A stretch of DNA of 64,000 nucleotides from Synergistaceae bacterium (GTDB taxonomy: Bacteria; Synergistota; Synergistia; Synergistales; Aminobacteriaceae). The position numbers and the translations under genes were made by a program. The first letter of the stretch is position 1. Every line of letters begins with the position of its first letter. Location of the stretch: the NCBI GenBank assembly GCA_018436725.1, contig JAHDKT010000026.1, positions 1 to 64,000 of the forward strand, given 5' to 3'. Positions 1 to 9,276 of the stretch are shown here, one piece after another. The notes under the pieces are model-generated. The model was not told the DNA's origin. It ran no database searches and saw only the letters and a list, made by a program, of their open reading frames with translations.

Positions 1-542
1 CCGAACAGACTCGAAAGCTTTACCATATGATTCGCCCCCTTGGTGGATTTGAGATCTTGTTGCTTTGTGGTGAATCAATGATATCTCAAAAACACCGGGG
101 GCTTTTTAATTTTCCTCAAAACCTATTTTGGACAAGAGTGAATTATTACAGAAAAAATAGGGAAAGCAAACACAATCTTCAACGGCTCATCCAGGGGGAC
201 AAATATTTCTTCCCCTTGGATACGCGTTAAAACATGCATACATTTTCTTGCCGAGTACCTCCAGCAAGAAAAACTTTTCCCGGAAAAATATTATATTCCT
301 TCTTAATCAACAAGTGCTATTTCCCATTCTATACAATCTACAGAGCTATACTACACCAAATAAAAGATAAAAAGAAGCTTTCAAGACGAAATTAGAGACT
401 AATGAATTAGAACACATCATTTGATTGTCCGGTAAAAAACACAAATTTCAAAAAGCGCAAAACTATCGCTTTCCATGAACACCGCCAACTTAGGCCCGAG
501 TTGACGTCCCTTCAGGAAATGCTCGAATTGGCTTCGATCCGA

Positions 543-1586
543 TCAACCGGATTCAGAGCTGTAGCCAGCTTTCTTCTGCCCTCTTCCGCGAATCGCCTCT
601 TTCTTCTCCTCCGCCCCGCCTCCGAACCCGCCGCTCAGATACCCCTTCACCGTGAAGTCCGCCTTCCGGCACTCCTGGACGAAACGGGTCGTCCAGTCGC
701 CCGCGAGGCGCTGGAGGGCGTGGCGTTCTCTTCGGAGGCATCGGTTCCGCAGAGGGTGGGAGGCGAACTCGGTGACGACGTTGAAGAGGGCGTAGGCGTT
801 CTCGCCGAACTCTTCGCAGGCGCGATCGCAGAGGTCTTCGGCGTGCTGTTTCAGCGCTTCCCACTCCGCAAGCAGCGGCGCGTTCCCCTCCTTCTGTTCG
901 GGTGCGCGGAGCAGCAGAACTTTCTGGAAGAGCGGGAGGATATCGGCGCGGGGAACCCCGCACGCGCGCAGCGTCTCCAACGATTCGAGGAGGCTGTTTC
1001 TGAGTTCTTTAAGAGAATCCTTCGCCACGAGGAATGTGATCTCTTCCTTTATCTCCTTGCGGGAGTGGGGGTAGCTGAAGCGGATGACCGAGCGGGGGAG
1101 GATCAGACCGTTGCCGCACACCTTGCGGAAGTAGCCGACGTTGAAGGAGAGCGCCCGCTGCCCGTTGTAGCTGTTGGTGACGCGGACGAAGGGGCCGAAT
1201 ACGTCCTTGGCGCCTCCCTTGGGAAAAAAGCTGAAATCCGATGCGGTGCGCTTGTGTTGAAGGTCGATGTAGCAGTGACCTCCGCTCTCCGGAGCGTCCA
1301 CTTTGTGCAGTTCCCACTCGTCGGGCTTCGTATGGGGAAAGACCGCCGAGGCGCACCGGTACGCCCAGTCAAGGGCCTGCCGGTTGTCCACCAGGCGATA
1401 GTCGCGCCCGACCACGCCGACCACGCGGTTTTCCCGCGTGTTGACGATGGCCTTCTTGTCGCGCACGGCAAGGCGCTTCGCCGCCCCTCCCTCGCCGATT
1501 TCCGCGAACACGGGAAACGCCTCCACCGGAAACAGCACGTCTTCAAGAGCCGCCAAACGGGACACGGTCTTCACTCCTCGCTTCAA
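543..1586 (-). CDS. DUF932-like phage/plasmid-associated protein (function unknown)
   Basis: 347-aa ORF. The block ...RVTNSYNGQRALSFNVGYFRKVCGNGL... resembles the conserved core of the DUF932 family as I recall it. Last gene of a three-gene minus-strand operon, with only 35 nt to the upstream RHH gene. Confidence 0.45.
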   Translation of the reverse strand: MKRGVKTVSRLAALEDVLFPVEAFPVFAEIGEGGAAKRLAVRDKKAIVNTRENRVVGVVGRDYRLVDNRQALDWAYRCASAVFPHTKPDEWELHKVDAPESGGHCYIDLQHKRTASDFSFFPKGGAKDVFGPFVRVTNSYNGQRALSFNVGYFRKVCGNGLILPRSVIRFSYPHSRKEIKEEITFLVAKDSLKELRNSLLESLETLRACGVPRADILPLFQKVLLLRAPEQKEGNAPLLAEWEALKQHAEDLCDRACEEFGENAYALFNVVTEFASHPLRNRCLRRERHALQRLAGDWTTRFVQECRKADFTVKGYLSGGFGGGAEEKKEAIRGRGQKKAGYSSESG

Positions 1587-1620
1587 GTCGAATTTCGCCT
1601 TCTACCAGAGGAGGAGCGAA

Positions 1621-1803
1621 TCAGTCGATCCGCCCCTCCTCGATGAACCTTTCTATCAGTGCGCGCACAACGGAGTTCGCCGAATACATCGCGCCCGGAC
1701 GCTCTTCGTTCAATGTCTCCACCGCCCTGTACAGGTCGCGTTTCATCTTCTCGGGAAGACGGATTAAAAGAGTGGTGCTGTCCTTGGCGTACTGATTCGG
1801 CAT
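1621..1803 (-). CDS. ribbon-helix-helix (Arc/MetJ/CopG-type) DNA-binding protein
   Basis: 60-aa ORF with an N-terminal beta-strand (TLLIRLPEKMKRDLYRAVE), typical of RHH repressors. Sits between the Ro60-like gene and the DUF932 gene with short gaps. Confidence 0.55.
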   Translation of the reverse strand: MPNQYAKDSTTLLIRLPEKMKRDLYRAVETLNEERPGAMYSANSVVRALIERFIEEGRID

Positions 1804-1817
1804 GGCGCTTCCCCCCT

Positions 1818-3335
1818 CTATTCGAGGGCGCGGACAATCTCCACGAGGTCTCCGTACCCGCGGATCGAGTCGGCGATGAACGAAACGATGCGATCCGACC
1901 AGCCGTAACAGTAAAAAGTGTTTTCGTCTTCGGGCGGAACCATGGCGAACTGGTACGGAGAGACGTTTATCACGAAAACACGGGTTTCGGCGTTGACCTT
2001 CCTGCGGTACCCTTTAAGAACGTTGAAAAACGGGGAGCCCGTGTTCTGCTGCTCGTCGGTGACGATAACGATGGTGTCGCAGAATACGCGGGAAGCGATC
2101 ATCTCGCGTACTGAAACGCCGGTATTGGTGCCTCCCGAGGCTTCGATCCGCGATGCGGCGGCGAGGATGGACTCTCCGGGCCGCGTTGCGAAGGGGATGG
2201 ATTCTGTGTTGAAGAGGCGGATGAACGTGTCGCCTTCCGACTTCCGCAGTATGGAGAGCGCGAGCAGCGCCCCGGCTTGGAGCATCTGTCCGCTCATGGA
2301 GCAGGAGATGTCGAGCAGAACGGCTGTTCTTCCGGGAATTTCGGGAAGAGCGTCCGCGGAGAGTTCGACGGCCTTTTCGAGGGCGCGGCGAAGCCAGGGA
2401 ACGTCGACCATTGACCATGCGGAGGCGAAACGGAACGGGAGAATCTTCGCTTTGCGGATGGTTTCCGGGTTGGAAAAGCGTTCCTCGATCCCTGGCTGAG
2501 GTTCCGCTTGTGTGAAGACACCGTTGCGGGCGAGGGTGGCGAGGTGCCGCAACAGGGAGAACAAAGTCATGTCCGGCAGAAGCGCCCTCCAGAGTTCGGG
2601 CGACATGCTCTCCACCGAACCGGTGAGCGCGTTCCACGGAATCCGCCCTGCGCGGATCAGTTCGACGGCTTCGGAGAGATTCTCGCGGACATCGAGCCTC
2701 TTGAGCTTCTCGAATGCGGCAATGCGCGGAAGCAGACGAGGGTCGGGGCCGTCCGGACCGCTTTTTCCGGCGATGTACCGAAAGAGGGCCTGCACGGTTT
2801 CGTTCCCCGGCTTCGGGTGATAGACGCGGAGCAGATCTTTCAGAGAGTAGCCCCGTCCTTCCCCGCTGTATTTGAGCGCCTCGTACTCGTCGAGCCGCTC
2901 CAGACGCGCGCAGGCGAGCTTCTTGACCAGCCTGCCGCCCTGCCCTCTTCCCAGGGATTGCAAGGCGAGGGTGAACTCGACAAGATCGGCGACGGTGATG
3001 ACGACGCGGTCGAAAACGAGGGCGAAACGGCGGGGGGCGGCGAGGGAGAGCACGGCGAGGCCGATCAGGGGCTGCAGGCGCATGAACCCCTCGTTGCGGG
3101 CATAGACAAGGGCGCGGGCCATGAAGTCGGGATTTTCGTCGGCGGCGAAACGGTGCAGCGCAAGCGCGTGCTCGCCCAGCATCTCCTCGGACGCGTAGAA
3201 AACGCCGGAGATTGTGTTGACGAGCAGCATCCGGAGGTACTCCTCCCGCCAGTCGCGCTCGAACGCCGGATATTTCTCGCAGTTCAGCGGAAAAGCCGCG
3301 GTTCTCCCTTTCAGGACTTCCAGCGCATGCCCCAT
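1818..3335 (-). CDS. rsr: Ro60-related TROVE-domain protein with C-terminal vWA domain (Rsr-like)
   Basis: Long ORF; start set at the internal ATG (MGHALEVLKGRTAAF...). The N-terminal roughly 350 aa are TROVE-like and the C terminus carries a MIDAS-type motif (LLDISCSMSG = DxSxS) of a von Willebrand A domain. This is the Ro60/Rsr architecture. Confidence 0.7.
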   Translation of the reverse strand: MGHALEVLKGRTAAFPLNCEKYPAFERDWREEYLRMLLVNTISGVFYASEEMLGEHALALHRFAADENPDFMARALVYARNEGFMRLQPLIGLAVLSLAAPRRFALVFDRVVITVADLVEFTLALQSLGRGQGGRLVKKLACARLERLDEYEALKYSGEGRGYSLKDLLRVYHPKPGNETVQALFRYIAGKSGPDGPDPRLLPRIAAFEKLKRLDVRENLSEAVELIRAGRIPWNALTGSVESMSPELWRALLPDMTLFSLLRHLATLARNGVFTQAEPQPGIEERFSNPETIRKAKILPFRFASAWSMVDVPWLRRALEKAVELSADALPEIPGRTAVLLDISCSMSGQMLQAGALLALSILRKSEGDTFIRLFNTESIPFATRPGESILAAASRIEASGGTNTGVSVREMIASRVFCDTIVIVTDEQQNTGSPFFNVLKGYRRKVNAETRVFVINVSPYQFAMVPPEDENTFYCYGWSDRIVSFIADSIRGYGDLVEIVRALE

Positions 3336-3566
3336 CGCGATCACCTCTTGCCGTGAATTTTTGAACAGGTATCCGAAGAAAAAAAGGAACCCGCGAGGAA
3401 TATTGGGCGAGGTCAACCTTGTGGGCGGGAAACCCGCGCATACAAGGCTATTTCGAAGTATCCCCGCCCGGCGCCTCAACGAATTCCGCAAAGAGTATAT
3501 AGGGTATATTAATACCTGTCAAGGGGGGAGGAGAAATTTTTCTCCACTCCCCAGGCAGAAAAAAGC

Positions 3567-3595
3567 GTTGACACTTCCGTACAGGAGCCGTACAA
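3567..3595 (+). promoter_or_regulatory. sigma70-like promoter (TTGACA-17 nt-TACAAT) upstream of the tacA-like antitoxin gene
   Basis: ttgaca cttccgtacaggagccg tacaat lies about 20 nt upstream of the ATG at 3616. Both hexamers are consensus. Confidence 0.5.
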
Positions 3596-3615
3596 TCATC
3601 GCGGAGGTGTTCCTC

Positions 3616-3903
3616 ATGGAGAAAACATCAGTGAAAGAAAGCCGGATCGAAGCCCGCATTCCCTCCGATCTCAAGAAACGCCTCGCCAGGGCTGCGGCCC
3701 TGCAAGGGCGCACCCTCTCCGACTTCGTCGTCTCCGCGGCGGCGGAGGCCGCGCGCCGCACCATCGAAGAAGAAACGCTGCTGCGCCTGTGCGAAGAGGA
3801 CAGCCGTGCGCTGGCGCTCGACCTCTGCGCCCCCGAAAGGGAGCCCTCCCCCAGGCTGCGTGTCGCAGCGGCCCGCTACGATGCTGCGAAGCAGCCGGAA
3901 TGA
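3616..3903 (+). CDS. tacA: DUF1778-family RHH antitoxin (TacA-like)
   Basis: 95-aa product with the DUF1778 pattern R..DLK..L..AA...G.TLSDFVV..A. The stop overlaps the downstream toxin start (ATGA). Confidence 0.8.
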   Translation: MEKTSVKESRIEARIPSDLKKRLARAAALQGRTLSDFVVSAAAEAARRTIEEETLLRLCEEDSRALALDLCAPEREPSPRLRVAAARYDAAKQPE

Positions 3904-4397
3904 GCTGGAGATGCGTCCCGCTTTCGTCCGCGCATGATCGCAAGACGTTCGCGTGCGGCGTGGCGGAGCTTGACGAGTATTTTCGAAATCGTGCCGGGCA
4001 GGATCAGAAGAGAGGCTTCGCCTCGGTCTACGTCGCCGAATCCGAAACCGGCAAGAAGGACGCCGTCTGCGGCTACTACACTCTCTCCGCAGCAGGCGTC
4101 CTTCTTGAGAATCTTCCCGAGGCTCTGAAGGCAAAAATGCCGAGATACCCCTCCGTCCCGGCGGTTCGACTTGGAAAACTCGCCGTCTCGCTCGACTGCC
4201 GGGGGCAAGGTCTTGGAGAATATTTGCTCATCGACGCAATACGCAGAAGCCTGTCCGCCGCTGTAGGGTGGACTCTTTTCGTCGTGGACGCCAAAGACGA
4301 GAGCGCCCGGTGTTTTTTCCTGCACTTCGGATTCACTCCCCTTCCCAAGGAAGAGCGAACGCTCTACCTTCGGCGCAAGGATATCGAAAAATTGTAG
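3900..4397 (+). CDS. tacT: GNAT-family acetyltransferase toxin (TacT-like)
   Basis: The start overlaps the antitoxin stop. The N-terminal motif HDRKTFACGVAELDEYFRNRAGQDQKRGFASVYV matches TacT/AtaT-type GNAT toxins. A GNAT core with LGKLAV...GQGLG follows. Confidence 0.8.
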   Translation: MSWRCVPLSSAHDRKTFACGVAELDEYFRNRAGQDQKRGFASVYVAESETGKKDAVCGYYTLSAAGVLLENLPEALKAKMPRYPSVPAVRLGKLAVSLDCRGQGLGEYLLIDAIRRSLSAAVGWTLFVVDAKDESARCFFLHFGFTPLPKEERTLYLRRKDIEKL

Positions 4398-4530
4398 CCG
4401 TCTACCAATGAGCTTTCAATACCTTCCGCGCCGTCGTACGCGCGCAAGCCGTTCGGCGTTGTCGTCGTAGTAGCCGAGGGTTTGCGAGTCCATGCGAGAC
4501 CGTCTCCGCCTGCGCTGCCGCTTTCGATCG

Positions 4531-5519
4531 TCAGGAATCCCCTACATCTTCGACGAACTCGTAGCTTCCGTGCCACTCGCCGTAGCTTTCGGAGAAGATG
4601 CCGTTCCTCTCGGCGCCGGCATACTCTTTCCGGCCCGGAAGAATCCGGACGGCGACTATTCCCTCCTCTTCCTGGCGGAGCACCCCGGCATGCACTGCAG
4701 CGACCGCAAGGCTCGAGTCGTCGGTGTAAACGCCGTCTCCCCAGATGTTGCCGTGCGCCGTTCCCCGAACGCGGAAACGGAACACTTCGCCGTTCCGTCC
4801 TCGGAAGGATTCCAGATTCCCGGGATCGTCCGGAACCGTTCCATCCGCAACGGAAATGTCCGAGGAAACTTCGACTCCCAGCTCCCTGAGGCGATCCTTC
4901 GCGATCCCTTCAAGGAAGTCCCCCGTGTTTCCGCTCTGCTCCAGATAGGCCGTATACGCCGCTATCGCCTTCTCCTTTTGTCCGGTGCGCTCCATAGCCC
5001 TGCCGTAGCCGATGAAGTGGTCGAGCAGGTGCGCCGTCTTCGGGTCGGGAATGACTTCGTCGTAGAGGGCCGCAGCCTTCTCCCACATCTCCTCCTGCTC
5101 GTACAGAAAGAGAAGGCGCTGTTTCACAAGGGGGAGTCCGGGAGTGGAAAACATGGAGAACTTGTCGTCCAGTACGCGGGAGCCCGGGTAGCGCGCCAGA
5201 TACTGCTCCAGCAACGCGACGGCGTCCTTGTTTCTGGGCGGATCGAACGCCTGCATGTACATGTTGCTCAGCATCCAGTAGGCCTCTTCGGCGCGCCGCA
5301 CGCGGGGAGCTTTTTCGATAACCTCCAGGAAGAGAGGCTCGATTCCTTGAACATCCTGATCGTCCTTGGCGGCTATCCGATTGAAGAGCGTCCTCGCGAG
5401 CTTCTGCTGCTCGATAAGAGGCAACTCCTCCGCGAATACGCTCCCGACGCCCCACGATACCGAAACCGCCACGAAGAGCAGAGAGAGCGCGATGCAGATG
5501 AACACACGCAATACCCTTC
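4531..5519 (-). CDS. secreted TPR-repeat protein with C-terminal LCCL domain
   Basis: GTG start preceded by GGGAGG. Signal peptide (RVLRVFICIALSLLFVAVSVSWG). TPR-like helical middle region. C-terminal LCCL-like block (GTAHGNIWGDGVYTDDSSLAVAAVHAGVL). Confidence 0.6.
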
Positions 5520-6256
5520 TTTTCACACAAAACACCTCCCTTTCAGCCTGAACACCCCTTGCACACCGGTATTCTTCGCTCCCCAACCTGTCTTTCCAGC
5601 AAAAGCCCGGAATCCCTTCACTGCGGGCGGGGATGAACGACACTTCGGAGCCCGCGCCTTGCGGACAGCTGAATAGTACGATTTTTCCGACGAAAAATCA
5701 ACAGATTACGCGCAGATGCATACTCTTCATGGTATTTTCGACAGTCTTCTTGCAACACACCGCCCAAATTCTTCTGAATCGAGTAGGAGGGAGCGGCTAG
5801 CCCCCGTCCTCTCACACCACCGTGCGTACCGTTCGGTATACGGCGGTTCACGGAGTTTAACCTGTAGACAGAACCGAACTCGGACTGAACAGGCCTTGGG
5901 ATTCGAAGTATTGGATTCCGAAGGCTTTGTTTTATTGGGGCGTTCGCGCCAACCGCCAGTATCCTTTGCGCGATCCGCTGATTTTGACGGCCCATTCATA
6001 CGGTATCCCTCGGGCCATCAGCTCCCGCCGTCGTGTCTTTGTCTTTAAAAAACGTCATATCCGGTCATACTCAAAAGAGAATCACCCTCGATATGGAGAA
6101 CAAGCGTTGCCCATGCGACCTCGCGCCCAGACCGTCTTTCCTCGTCACGCGGCGCAACAGGCGCAAGCCGATCCTCTCGAAGAGCAGTTCCGCATCACCC
6201 GACTCGCGGTCCACGTGGAGCCTCCCATCCGGGATATAGTCATATGCAATTCGTCT

Positions 6257-8134
6257 TCACCTCATTTTCTTTTCGAAGCGGAAGAAATAATCTCCGCCTA
6301 CCATATCTTCAGGCGAATCGGGGTCTTTGTGCCGGGGATTGAAGAATTCCACTATGTGAAAGCCGCATCGATTCACATAAAAATGAATATTTCGCTTTTC
6401 AAAATACGGGGTAACGGTTTCCCAAACTTTTGTGTCAGGATGCAGCTTTTCAACTTCTTTCCAAATAGCCTGTCCCACACCACGACTCTGCGTTCCATAT
6501 TTTACATAGAGGAAATCAAGATGATTGCGTTGTGCTTCTTTGTCGATTACAACGATAGCTCCACCAACCATTTCACCATTCACAACCGCTTTGTAAGCAA
6601 ATGCCCCTTTTTTTGATAATGCAATGTCGATGTCCTTTTCAGGAAGTATCTCCACATCCAAGTCAGAAACCTCTGCCGCTATTCCTTTTTGAAAAGCCTC
6701 TTGCATATCCTTTTTGTATTCTGTCAAATCTTCTTGACTGACAGGTACCAACTTAAAATTCATATATGATGCTCCTTTTACAGGATACTGATACTTTTTT
6801 CGTTTTACGATAAGGAACACTGCTGTAAGCACAACCGCCATCACTTCAGCTGCAACAATGGAAATCCAAATACCATCAATTTGCCAAATCATTGGGAGAA
6901 GCAAAACAGAGCCGAGTTGGAACACCAATGTACGCAAGAAAGCAATCAAGGCGGAGGTTAGTCCGTCGTTCAGAGCAGTAAAGAAACCTGAACCGAAAAT
7001 GGCAAAACCCATAAAGGGAAATGCAATGGCGAAAATACGGAATCCGGAAACAGTCAAATTCATCAGCTCTTTGTCGTAACCCACGAATATTTGAGCCAAC
7101 GGAACAGCAAGCAGCTGTGCGGCAGTTACCATAACGAGCCCACCAACACCAAGCAGTCGAAGGCTTTTTTTTAAAAGTCCCTTGAGTTCGTCGTGATTTC
7201 TTGCTCCATCGTGATAAGCGAAAACAGGTGCTACACCTACAGAGTAACCTATAAAGGCAGCCGAAAAAACCATGCTGACAAACATCATGACACCATAAGC
7301 TGCCACACCGTTTTCCCCGGCGAATTTCAGAAGCTGTATGTTATAGAGCATTCCCACGATACTCATGGAAACATTGTTCATGAATTCGGAAGATCCGTTG
7401 GTACAAGCCTTGAAAATTGTCTTGCCATAAAAGCTGGTTTTGCCGAGGCGAAGAATACTGCTGTTTTTCCGAGAAAAATAGACAACAGGAATAATGCCGC
7501 CTATAAACTGGCTGACAGCCGTAGCAATAGCCGCTCCTGCCAGCTTATATTCCAGCGGAAGAAGAATCACCAAAAAAGCATCCAAAACCATATTGGCAAC
7601 ACCGGCCGCACCCGTCACGAAAAGGCCGAACCCAGGCTTTTCCGCCGCTACAAAAAAGCTTTGAAACACAAGTTGCAACACAAAAAACGGTAAAGTTGTA
7701 AGAATGATTCGTCCATAAACAACACAATGCTCAAGCAGCTCTTCTTTTGCACCAAGCAGCGCGGCAATGGGACGAATAAATACAAATCCCGATATGGTGA
7801 AGAGGACACCAAGAACAAAAGCCACATACACAAACAGGGAGAAATATCTGTTCGCCTTTTCCTTGTCACCCGCACCGAAGGCGTTGGCAACAATGGCGGT
7901 TCCTCCGGCGCCGAACATGAAGCCAACAGTTGCCACGATCATCAAAAATGGCATGATCAGATTGACTGCGGAAAATGCCACTTTGCCTGCATAATTCGAG
8001 ACAAAGAATCCGTCCACCACACTGTAAATGGATGTAAAAATCATCATAGCAATGGACGGAAGTGTAAATTTTATCAGCTTACCGTAGGTGAAACGATCCG
8101 AAAGCTGTATCGTCATGATTTCCTGCCAAACCAA
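6257..8134 (-). CDS. MATE-family efflux transporter fused to a C-terminal GNAT acetyltransferase domain
   Basis: 625 aa. About 12 TM helices typical of MATE in the first 440 aa. The C-terminal roughly 170 aa has the GNAT fold signature (VGGAIVVIDK...RGVGQAIWKEVE). Lower-GC patch. Confidence 0.7.
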   Translation of the reverse strand: MVWQEIMTIQLSDRFTYGKLIKFTLPSIAMMIFTSIYSVVDGFFVSNYAGKVAFSAVNLIMPFLMIVATVGFMFGAGGTAIVANAFGAGDKEKANRYFSLFVYVAFVLGVLFTISGFVFIRPIAALLGAKEELLEHCVVYGRIILTTLPFFVLQLVFQSFFVAAEKPGFGLFVTGAAGVANMVLDAFLVILLPLEYKLAGAAIATAVSQFIGGIIPVVYFSRKNSSILRLGKTSFYGKTIFKACTNGSSEFMNNVSMSIVGMLYNIQLLKFAGENGVAAYGVMMFVSMVFSAAFIGYSVGVAPVFAYHDGARNHDELKGLLKKSLRLLGVGGLVMVTAAQLLAVPLAQIFVGYDKELMNLTVSGFRIFAIAFPFMGFAIFGSGFFTALNDGLTSALIAFLRTLVFQLGSVLLLPMIWQIDGIWISIVAAEVMAVVLTAVFLIVKRKKYQYPVKGASYMNFKLVPVSQEDLTEYKKDMQEAFQKGIAAEVSDLDVEILPEKDIDIALSKKGAFAYKAVVNGEMVGGAIVVIDKEAQRNHLDFLYVKYGTQSRGVGQAIWKEVEKLHPDTKVWETVTPYFEKRNIHFYVNRCGFHIVEFFNPRHKDPDSPEDMVGGDYFFRFEKKMR

Positions 8135-8733
8135 CTGATCGCAAAGTCTGCAACAGCCGGCGCCAAGTCCTTAATATCCCAATCGCTTGTATTTATTATT
8201 AAGTGATATGCGTCACGCCGCCCCCACTCGGCGCCCGAAAGGATTTCCCTTGTCCGAGAGCGAATCTTATCGATCTCTTTCATCCTCTGAACGAGAGCTT
8301 TTTCCGTAAGTTGTTCGCTCTCCGAAGCACGTTCCATACAACGCTTCACCTTTGCCTCCACAACAGCACAAACAAATGTATTGAACGGATTGTATTTCTT
8401 TAAAATCACATCGGCGTTTCTACCTACGATGATACAATCCTTGCCCAAGGCGGCAATGTCCTCGATCACTCTTTTTTGCTCAAGCAGAAGAGTTACCCCG
8501 CTTGTTTGCATATATGTCGCAGAACCGATAGTGCTTCGAAAAGTAATGGGGAAATTCCGCCAACCGTGATTGTGTAACCTGCCCTCTACATAATTCGGAT
8601 CAAGCCCGCTTTTTTCAGCAACAGCAGAAATAATTTCACTGTCGTAATAATCAAAGCTCATAATATCCGCAAGACGTTTTCCGAGTTCACGTCCTCCGGA
8701 GCCGAATTCACGACTTATAGTAATAATTTTCAT
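8113..8733 (-). CDS. cytidylate kinase-like family protein (P-loop NTPase)
   Basis: N-terminal MKIITISREFGSGGRELGKRLA P-loop, characteristic of the cytidylate-kinase-like family. 206 aa. Confidence 0.6.
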   Translation of the reverse strand: MKIITISREFGSGGRELGKRLADIMSFDYYDSEIISAVAEKSGLDPNYVEGRLHNHGWRNFPITFRSTIGSATYMQTSGVTLLLEQKRVIEDIAALGKDCIIVGRNADVILKKYNPFNTFVCAVVEAKVKRCMERASESEQLTEKALVQRMKEIDKIRSRTREILSGAEWGRRDAYHLIINTSDWDIKDLAPAVADFAISWFGRKS

Positions 8734-8745
8734 TGCCTCTCTCCT

Positions 8746-9189
8746 TTATAAAGCACCGATTCGCTTACGAAAACAATCCGCATATTTTTCCATCAGACGA
8801 ATGTATGTGTTGATTTCTTCTGTCGACCAAGATTCAAAAGCCTGTACTTCCGCTTCGTAGAGCTTCGCCACAGTCTTCTTCACATACTCTTTGCCCTTTT
8901 CCGTCAGGACGATTTTTTTTGCTCTGCCTGTGTACTGTTCCAGAAATAGAATGCCATCAGCCTCTAAACCTCGAATAGCCGAGTTCACCGTCTGTTTGCT
9001 GATTCCCGATTTCTTATAAATATCGCTGAGCAAACAAATTTCGCCCGCGTCGTAGATTGTATACAACACAATAGAGACGCTGTCCGTAATGCCCAGCTTT
9101 AACGATGCCTGATGATACAATGCTTCCATTTCAGAAGTCAGATAATTGATTCGATGAATTTCGTCAAATCTCTTTTGATTCATCACCAT
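8746..9189 (-). CDS. MarR-family transcriptional regulator
   Basis: 147 aa with a winged-HTH core (SQLRILLYL-type: SDIYKKSGISKQTVNSAIRGLEADGIL). Followed by a palindromic operator. Confidence 0.8.
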   Translation of the reverse strand: MVMNQKRFDEIHRINYLTSEMEALYHQASLKLGITDSVSIVLYTIYDAGEICLLSDIYKKSGISKQTVNSAIRGLEADGILFLEQYTGRAKKIVLTEKGKEYVKKTVAKLYEAEVQAFESWSTEEINTYIRLMEKYADCFRKRIGAL

Positions 9190-9196
9190 ACCTCCA

Positions 9197-9236
9197 AGTA
9201 CGATTTCGTACCTTTATTATAGTACGAAATCGTACT
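9197..9236. promoter_or_regulatory. candidate MarR operator: two inverted copies of the 14-bp palindrome GTACGAwwTCGTAC
   Basis: agtacgatttcgtac at 9197-9211 and gtacgaaatcgtact at 9222-9236 flank the spacer ctttattata, immediately upstream of the MarR start codon. Confidence 0.5.
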
Positions 9237-9276
9237 TTCATCAATAGGGTTCAAAAAAGTTACAAAAACGAAACTC

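Noticed and set aside
1-542. AT-rich leader region with a 67-aa ORF (27-230). Looked for tRNA, integrase-attachment or Y-RNA-like structure.
   Set aside because: No tRNA-like T-arm or GTTCRANTC motif and no recognisable conserved RNA motif by eye. The ORF has no support. Left as unannotated but flagged for a covariance-model search in the rsr finding.
2014-3441. 475-aa ORF overlapping the rsr gene in another frame, and 1646-nt ORFs overlapping DUF932 (501-1646 plus strand).
   Set aside because: High-GC alternative-frame ORFs without motifs. The chosen frames carry the TROVE/vWA and DUF932 signatures.
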